In this document: positions 54,501 to 63,500 of the stretch, one piece after another
Position numbering within the stretch: position 1 is the stretch's first letter
Layout: every line of letters starts with the position of its first letter
The notes under the pieces: model-generated
What the model was told of the DNA's origin: nothing
The model's database searches: none
Seen by the model: the letters and a program-made list of their open reading frames with translations, nothing else
From: an uncultured Clostridia bacterium
GTDB taxonomy: Bacteria > Bacillota > Clostridia > TANB77 > CAG-508
Length of the DNA: 64,000 nucleotides
Reading direction: 5' to 3'
Assembly: GCA_944387505.1 (NCBI GenBank)
Contig: CALXFG010000002.1
Span: 3,011 to 67,010 of the forward strand
Position numbers and translations under genes: made by a program

Positions 54501-57500
54501 TCCAACAGGTTGTACGGTAATGTTATCAGCATTGGTGATATCCACACCATCTTTGATGATGCGAATATCTCCTGCCTCTAAATTACTTTCCTCTGGTACT
54601 AAGAATGTATCTTTTCCTTTTACAGTAAAGCTAATCTTACCATTTGACTCAAATTCTGAAGTATCTGCTTGCTCGTATCTCCATACTGGTTTCTTATTGT
54701 CTAAGTCGACATAGATATCTGTTGCTTCATTTGAATGTCCTTCTGTATCACTAATCTTGCCAGCTGGTATACTAATTTTTAATTGCTTAAATTCTTCTTC
54801 AAATTCGTCAAGTCTGATAACAAAATCATATCCATAAGCATTTCTTACAGGTGTGATGGTAATTGGTAAATCTGTTCTTTGGATATACTCACCATCTCTA
54901 TTTAGTTCATAAATAGAAATGTCTTCTGGTGCTAATGTTGTATTAAAGTCATAGAATCTATCTGTACCTGAAATAGTTACTGTTGCATACCTTTCAGCAT
55001 AACTGATAAATTTATCTTTATAGAACAATTTTGGATTGATAAAGTCTGCAATAATATAGTTGTTTTCATCATCACCATCATCATTATCTACTACTATTTT
55101 TGTTTCAATGTTCGCGTTTCCAGATGTATCTCTTACTTTATTTTCTGCAATCACAAATTCAATCTTACCACTATGTCTTCTAAAGATTTCATTTTCTAAG
55201 TTTTCTGGTAATTCAAAGTTAGATAATTTTAATGTGTATCTAACACCATTTCCTTCATCCTCTGGTATGTCAGAACTTGTTAATTCCTTCGTTAAAGTAT
55301 TTGTTACATCCATTCCATCAACAAGTATTTGTTTAATATCATCAGCAGTTAAAATATCACTTTCTAAGAAGTTTGTATCTACTGCCTCAAAGTAAATCGT
55401 TACTTGTTTATTTTCTTGGTCGATAACTGGATTTGTTCCTTCTGCATACTTATATGTAATTGTAGGTTTTATAAAGTCTACAATGTTATTTCTAAATGCT
55501 GTATATTTAGGATTATCCGCACTATCTCCCACATCTGTTTCAACCCAATTTGGATTTCCAACAGGTATTTGGGTTACTTTATTTCCGATTCCAGAAGTAT
55601 CTCTCATCGTATTTTCTGCAATTTCAATTTTTACTGCTCCATCATAGGTTCCGAAGTTTCCTAAAGTTAATGTATAACCTGTATCTGCACCATTTAATTC
55701 TGTCTCATCTGTTATTTTTGTTAATTGTTTTGTAATCGTTGTGATTGGTGCTTCTGGATCTTCAGCGTTATCTACATAAACATTGATATTATCTGCTGTT
55801 AATGTATCTTTTAAGTAGTAATCATCATGTCCTAGTATCTTAACGGTTACGGTTCCTGTTTCTCCGTCTCTATCTCTTGTGATACTACTATCTGCATATT
55901 CCCAAACAGGTCTTGTGAAATCTACAATGCTATTTTTAAATGCTGTATATTCACCATTTGCATCTCCTGGTTCTACCCATGTTGCATTTCCTACCAAAAT
56001 TTCTGTTTCTTTATTTGTATTTCCATATTGGTCTGTGATAACCCCTTCTGGAATAATGATACTTGTTATACCTTGATTATCTTCAAAATTACTTAAATCA
56101 ATTTGATAGATAACGGCTGTTGCTGTTTTACTTACTTGTGCTACTTGTTTTACAATCGTATCTGGGTAAACCGTTTCGCCATCAGGTTTTACGACTTTTA
56201 CTTTCATCTTAGCAACATTTTCTGCATCTTGCAAAGTAGTTTGTCCTAAATATTTATCTGTTGCTCTAATTCTAACAGATACACTTCCTGTTTCTGTGTC
56301 TAAGTCTCTTGTAATTCCATTGTTTGCATTTAAGATACTTAAATTGTCTTCTGTTTTTTCAACTAATGGATCGATAACATCGACAATTACTGGGTTATCT
56401 GTATCATCACCATCATCATAATCTAATGTAATGGTTGTTGCTGTATTTTTATTTCCAGATGTATCATCTACTTTTCCTCCTGCAAATACAAAGTCTACTG
56501 CACCACTATAATCTTGGTATTTATTTTCTTCATTATATACTAATTCGAAGTTTGATACGACAAATGTATATTCTGTTCCATTAGGTATTTCGCTTGATGT
56601 TACCGTTGTATGTAATTGGTCTGTTAAGTCTGTTCCTGCTACTTTAATTCTGATATTTTCTGCATTCATGGTTCCATCAGGATTCATGATTGCATTTTCT
56701 CTAATGTATTTATCTGTTACTGTAAACTTAACCGTTAATGTTTTTGCTTCATAATCAATGTCTGGGTTTTCTGCATTAGCAACATCTGAATATGTGTATT
56801 TAATCTTAGGGCTAATAAAGTCTACAATATTATTTCTAAATGCTGTATAGATTGGGTTCTCTGGGTCATCCCCTTCTTCTACCCATTCTGGATTTCCTAC
56901 TGGAATCTCTGTTTCGATATTCGTGTTTCCACTTATATCTGTAATGGTTCCTGCATCTAATACCACTTTTGTAGCACCACTTAATTCTCCATAATCACCT
57001 AATGTCAATTTATAAATGACTCCAATATTGTCTAGTCCTTTGCCTTGTGCTTGTGTTAAAAGTTGTGTGTATTCTTGGCTTGCTGGATCTACTTTTACTA
57101 AATTCTTAGATATTGTTGTCACTTCTTCATCTGGTGTTTCACTATCTGTTAAGTATACATGAATCTTATCTGTGGTTAATGTGTTTTCTTGATAGTATTT
57201 ATCTGTTCCAAGTATGGTTACGGTTACAGTTTCGTTTTCTCTATCAATACTACTGGTTAGGTATTCCCAAAGTGGATTTACCACATCGACAATCATTTCT
57301 TCATTATGGTCTGGATGATCTGGATTTTCTGGTTCATCGATACCTAGTGTAATGGTTTTTGCATTATTTTGGTTTCCAGATGTATCTGTTACGATACCTG
57401 CTGGGAAGCTTAATGACATTGGTCCACTATAGCCTTCTCCATTTTCTGATTCTAATCCTTCTACCAATAATTGATATCTTTCTCCGACTTTTTTCTCCAC

Positions 57501-60500
57501 ACCATCTACGGTGTAGTAGATGTCTCCGTTTGCCTTATAGGTAATGTTTCCATCTACTACATCGGCATCTAGTGTAACTTTTGATAAAGTCTTTGTAATG
57601 GTTGCATCTTCTGGTAGTTGTGTTTCATCCACTGTGATGGTTATCATGTCTTGTGTTAATGTTGTGCTTTCGAAATATTTATCTGTTACATCAAATATAA
57701 TGTTTACATTCTTTTGGTCATAATCGATGGTTGTATCATAGGTTTCATATGTAAATTCTGGTTTGATGTAATCAGCAAACATGGTTCCGTCTGTGTTTCT
57801 GTCAGTATCGGCATCTTTTAATTCAATGTTAATCCATTCGAATTCTTCTCCGTCAGGTCCTTGTGTATGTTCTGTATCCATTGCTTCCATGTTTTTGTTT
57901 CCATAATCATCAATTAAGGTTCCTTTTGCTAGTTGAAGGGCAATGTTACCACTCCATTCTTTGAAGTTCTTTCCTACTTGACGTAGTGCTTCTTCAAAGT
58001 TTGATAAGGTAATGGTGTATTGTACAGATTTCATTCCTGTTGTTCCATCTGTTGTTTCTGTTACTGCGCTGATTGATTTTGTAATGTCTTCTGCCAATTC
58101 TCCATCGATATATACATTTAGTAAGTTTGCTTGCTCACCGGTTAATTCGCCTTCTGGGAATTGTCCGTTTACATTACTTGTGTATACACTTGGATCTACT
58201 TGTCCTTTTACAACGATGCTAACTTCTTTGGTTTCTTCATTGATGCTACTTGATACTTTTTGCCATTCTGGTTTGTATTTAGGATTGATGGTTCCATAGG
58301 TTGTGGTGTCTGCTCCAGTATTATCTGTCCATCCAATGGTTGTACTAGAGTCTGTGTTTAGTTTGAAGTGTGTTCTGTCATTGTAGATAGATTCTGGTGC
58401 TTGGATGATAATTTCTCCAGATTTTCCTGTTTCACCGAACGTGTATTCATATGCTAAATGTGTCTCCGTTTGAATAATACCATCTACTGTTACTTTTACT
58501 TCTACATTGCCATCTGGTATTTGTATAAAGGCTGGTCCTAAGTCGAGAGTTGTCATCGATGTATATCCTGTTCGGTAGAACATTCTATACATATTGGTTA
58601 CATTCCTTGTGTCAAATTTGTCTCCTAAGTCTAAGCTTGTCATAGATTGTCGTCCTGTAGCATAGAACATTTCATACATATCTATTACATTGCTAGTATC
58701 AAATTTGTCTCCTAAGTCTAAAGTGGTCATAGATGTATATCCTGTATAACCAAACATCCTATTCATGTCTTTTACATTGTTTGTATCAAATTTATCTCCT
58801 AATTCTAAACTTGTCATCGCTGTAGATCCTGTAGAATAGAACATTCTACTCATATTGGTTACATTGCTTGTATCAAATTTATCTCCCAAGTCTAAACTGG
58901 TCATGGATGTATATCCTGTATAATCGAACATTCCTATCATAACGGTTACATGACTTGTATCAAAATTGTTTCCTAAATTTAAACTTGTCATCTTCGTATA
59001 TCCTGTATTGCTAAACATATAATTCATATCTGTTACATTGCTTGTGTCAAATTTGTCTCCTAAGTCTAAACTTGTCATCGCTGTTCTTCCTGTATAACCA
59101 AACATACCCATCATATCTGTTACATTACTTGTATCGAAATGATCTCCTAAGTCTAAACTTGTCATGGCTGTATACCCTGTTCTAGAGAACATTCTATTCA
59201 TATTGGTTACATTACTTACATTTAATAATCCTATATTTGTTATCGTTTCTGTTGACGTACAATTTTCTCCATAACCAATAAATGCAAATAAATAAGTTGA
59301 ATCTACATTTCCAAAGATTTCATCATTGCTTCCAATGTACATTTTATATGTTCCATTTGCATTTGTATCATACCATGCAATGATTGAATTATCTTTTTGT
59401 GCAGATACATCCCATGCTGTGCTATCGACATATTCTTTAGTAGCTACATCATATACATCTGACGGAATATTGTCTACAAATGTAATATTATCTATATTTT
59501 CTCTTTCTATATTTGTATTTCCTAAAAATGCTAATGTATCATAAATATTTTGACCAGTTTCTGAAACACCTGTATATTCTATATCTGAAGCAGCACTTAC
59601 TAATGTATTATACAAGATAATATCTGTTGCCTTATTACCATTTCCAGACTGGTCTGTTGCCACACCTTCCGCAATTTGGATTTTAATTTGATTACAATTC
59701 AAGTAATCTAGTCCATCTCCGCTAAGGGTTATGGTATATTGGTCTCCAATCACATCTGTTCCGTTGCTAGCATATGCTGTCGTTTTTCCTTCAACATTTA
59801 CAGAAATATTTGCTGTTGAAACCTCTGCACCATTTACTAGCACTTTAATGTTATTTGCTGTTAAATTACTGCTTGCAAAGAACTTATCTGTCGTTCTAAC
59901 CACTGCAGTTGCTGTCTTAGCATTTACATCTACTGATGAGCTTACTTTCTCCCAGATTGGATCAACTACATCAACTACTGTTGCCTCTCCTGGGTCACCT
60001 GCTAAGATGTTCAATCCTGATGTAATGGTTGTTGCATTATTTCCATTTCCTGTTGTATCTGTAATTTTGTTTGCTGGAATTGCTACTGTAATGATACCAC
60101 TATAATCCATAGTTTCTTTACCTTGTAGTTTTTCTAGTTGTTCTAGATGTGATAGTTTCAAAGTATAACGTTTTCCAACCACTTTGTTGGTTCCATTAAC
60201 TGTTCCTGTTATATCTTGTTCAGTTAATTCTCTTACCACTCCATGAACACCTGTATCATCCCAATTTGGTTCTTCTCCATCAATTAAAATATTCAAATCA
60301 TCTATTGTCAATGTACCTGTATTGTAGTATTTATCTACAATATTGAATTCCATTGTAAATGTTTTTCCATCATAATCAATATCTGAAGTATTATATGTAT
60401 ATCTTACTTCTGGTTTGATGAAATCTACAAAATCTGTAATCGTTGTGGTTTCCTCATTGATTTTGTTTCCTCTAATATCTCTTGATGCGTTTGGATCAAT

Positions 60501-63500
60501 TCTAACTTCTAAGTTACCACTTAGCTCTCTGTAGTCTCTTCCAGAACCGATGAATTCTTCGTCTGTTTCTACAATTTGACTGATTTCTAATGTATATTGA
60601 TGTCCTAAAACTTGTATTTCTCCATTAACATTTGCTTTGATTGGTACTGTACTTACAAGATTTCTTATAACTTGATCATCTATTGATACACCATCCATCC
60701 ATGTTGTAATCTCATCTAATGTAACTGTATCACCTTCATAATAGTTTTTATCTGTTACGTTAAAGACAATCGTTTCTTTTCCATTTTCAGCATCTTGTGT
60801 TTTTTGTACATCATATACTTCTGGTCCTGTTCCATCGATGTTACCTAAGTCAAATTCTTGTTTATTTGTCGTGTTGTCATATTGGTCTGTAACAACTCCT
60901 GCTGCAATTTCGATTAATACATGACCACCATTTTCATTTTTATATTGTGCTGTTCCACCAACAATTGGCTCAACTGGTGTAAATTCTGTATATCCTTCTA
61001 CTTCTGGTACGATATCAGTTAAGGTTAATGTGTACTCATATTCTTCATTTGGTATGATTTCTACTGGTTCACTTAATTGCTTACCTACTTCAGTTGATAC
61101 TTGTCCATTAACGGTAATGGTGATATCATCAATGGTTAAATCAAAACTGCTTTCATCTTTATTTAAGAATTTATCTTTTACTCTTAATTTGATGATTCCA
61201 TTATCTCTATCCACATCTCCTAATGTCCAGATAGGGTCTACAACATCGACTACTTCTTCGTCTCCATCTTGTCCTCCTGGATCATCTTTTCCAATACTGA
61301 TAGATTTTGCTGGGCTGATGTTTCCAGATTTATCTGTCACTGCACCTTGTGCAAATGATAATGTCATGTATCCACTATATGTGTATCCATCTCCATTACC
61401 ATCTGCATCTTCTTGGTCTAGTCCAGTGATAACTAATTGATATCTTTCTCCGATTTTTGTATTTTCCACGCCTTCTACTGTTCCTGTGATGTCTTGTACT
61501 TTTGTCAATTCTTTTGTGATGGCGTTATTTAATTCGGTTACATCATAGTCATCTATTTGTACAGTGATTTGACTTGCATCTAAGTTTGATAATGTTGTAC
61601 TTTCAAAGAATTTATCTACTACATCGAATACGATTGTTACTTTTTCTTCATCTCCATGGATGATTTCTGTGTCTTGGCTTCTATATGTAAATTCTGGATT
61701 GATGAAGTCTGTGAACATGGTATTATCTGTGTTTTTGTCGACTTTTGTTGTATCTTCGATGATATTGTCAATTCTTGCTCCTATTTCTGTAACTGCTCCT
61801 GCACCTGTTGTTGCTCCTGTTTGTGTATCTGCGCTTGCTACTTCCATGTTACTGTTTCCATAGGTTGTTCTGTTTCCTTCTTCATCTGCTGGTCCTGTTG
61901 TATCTGATAAGCTGCCTTGAGCGACTTCTACACGGATATTACCACTCCATTCTTTGTATGGTATTCCCGTTCTTCTTACTGCTTCTTCGAAGTTTGATAG
62001 TGTTACAATTTGTAATACATCTTGTGCTCCTGTTCTTGTGTTTGGAGTTTGTGTTGCAGTTCCTACTGTTTTTGTTACAACATCTGTGATTTCTGTGTCA
62101 TCTATAAATACTTTAATGTCATTTGATGTCAATGTACTTGTTACATCACTGATATATTCAGCTGGGTCTACTTCTTGGTTTGTTGTTCCTCTTAATGTGA
62201 TGTTTAGTTTTGGATTGTTTGCGTCTGTTTCATCAATTTGTGCTCTTTCTTTTAGCCATTCTGTTCTGTATTTTGGATTGATGGTTCCATTTGTGAATTC
62301 TATTGTTGTACTTGAGCTTGTATTTAGTTTGAAGTTTGTACTGTTTTGATAAATTGCTTCTGGTGCTTGGATGACAATTTTTCCTTGCTCACCTGTTTTG
62401 TCGAACATGCCTGTATGGGTTGATGCTATGTTTGTAAAGGCTGGTCCTAAGTCTAAACTGGTCATTGAAGAAGTCTCTCCTGTATATCTAAACATAAAAC
62501 TCATATCTGTTACACTACTTGTGTCAAATTTATCTCCCAAATCTAGAGTTTTCATTGATATACATCCCGTACTTTGGAACATATAACTCATGTCAGTTAC
62601 TGCACTTGTATCAAATTTATCTCCTAAGTCCAAACTTGTCATAGAACTATATCCTGTAGCTGAGAACATATAACTCATGTTTGTTACATTGCCCGTATCA
62701 AATTTATCTCCTAAATCTAGATTAGTTAATTTATTTCGTCCGCATTGTTCAAACATATATGTCATAGTTATTACATTACTTGTATCAAATTTATCCCCTA
62801 AATTTAATGTTGTCATTTCTGTTTCGCCAGTACTATCAAACATATTGTTCATTCTTGTTACCTTTGAAGTATCAAAGTTTTCTCCTAAATCCAAACTTGT
62901 CATGGCTGTATATCCTGTTTTTGCAAACATACACTCCATATTTGTTACATTACTTGTGTCAAAATTATCTCCTAGGTCTAAACTTGTCATAGCTGTATAT
63001 CCTGTATTTTCAAACATATAACTCATATCAGTTACATTGCTTGTATCAAAATGATCTCCTAAGTCTAAACTTGTCATGGCTGTATATCCTGTATTATAGA
63101 ACATATTACTCATATTTGTTATATTACTAACATTTAATAAGCCAATATTCGTAATCGTTTCTGTCGATGTACAATTTTCTGAATAACCTATATAGCTAAA
63201 TAAATAACTTGAATCCACATTTCCAAATATTTCATCATTACTTCCAATATACACTTTTACTGTTCCATTGGCGCTTGGTTCAGACCAAGCAATAATTGAA
63301 TTATCTCCTTGTGCAGATACATCCCATGCTGTGTCATCCACATATGCTTTTGCTGAGAAATCATATACATCTGATGGAATATTGTCCACAAATGTAACAT
63401 TATCTACATTTTGTCTTTGGATATTGGTATTTCCTAAGAAAGCACTTGTTGTATCTGTTTCTGTACTCGTATTTCTTAACGTATTATACAAGATAATATC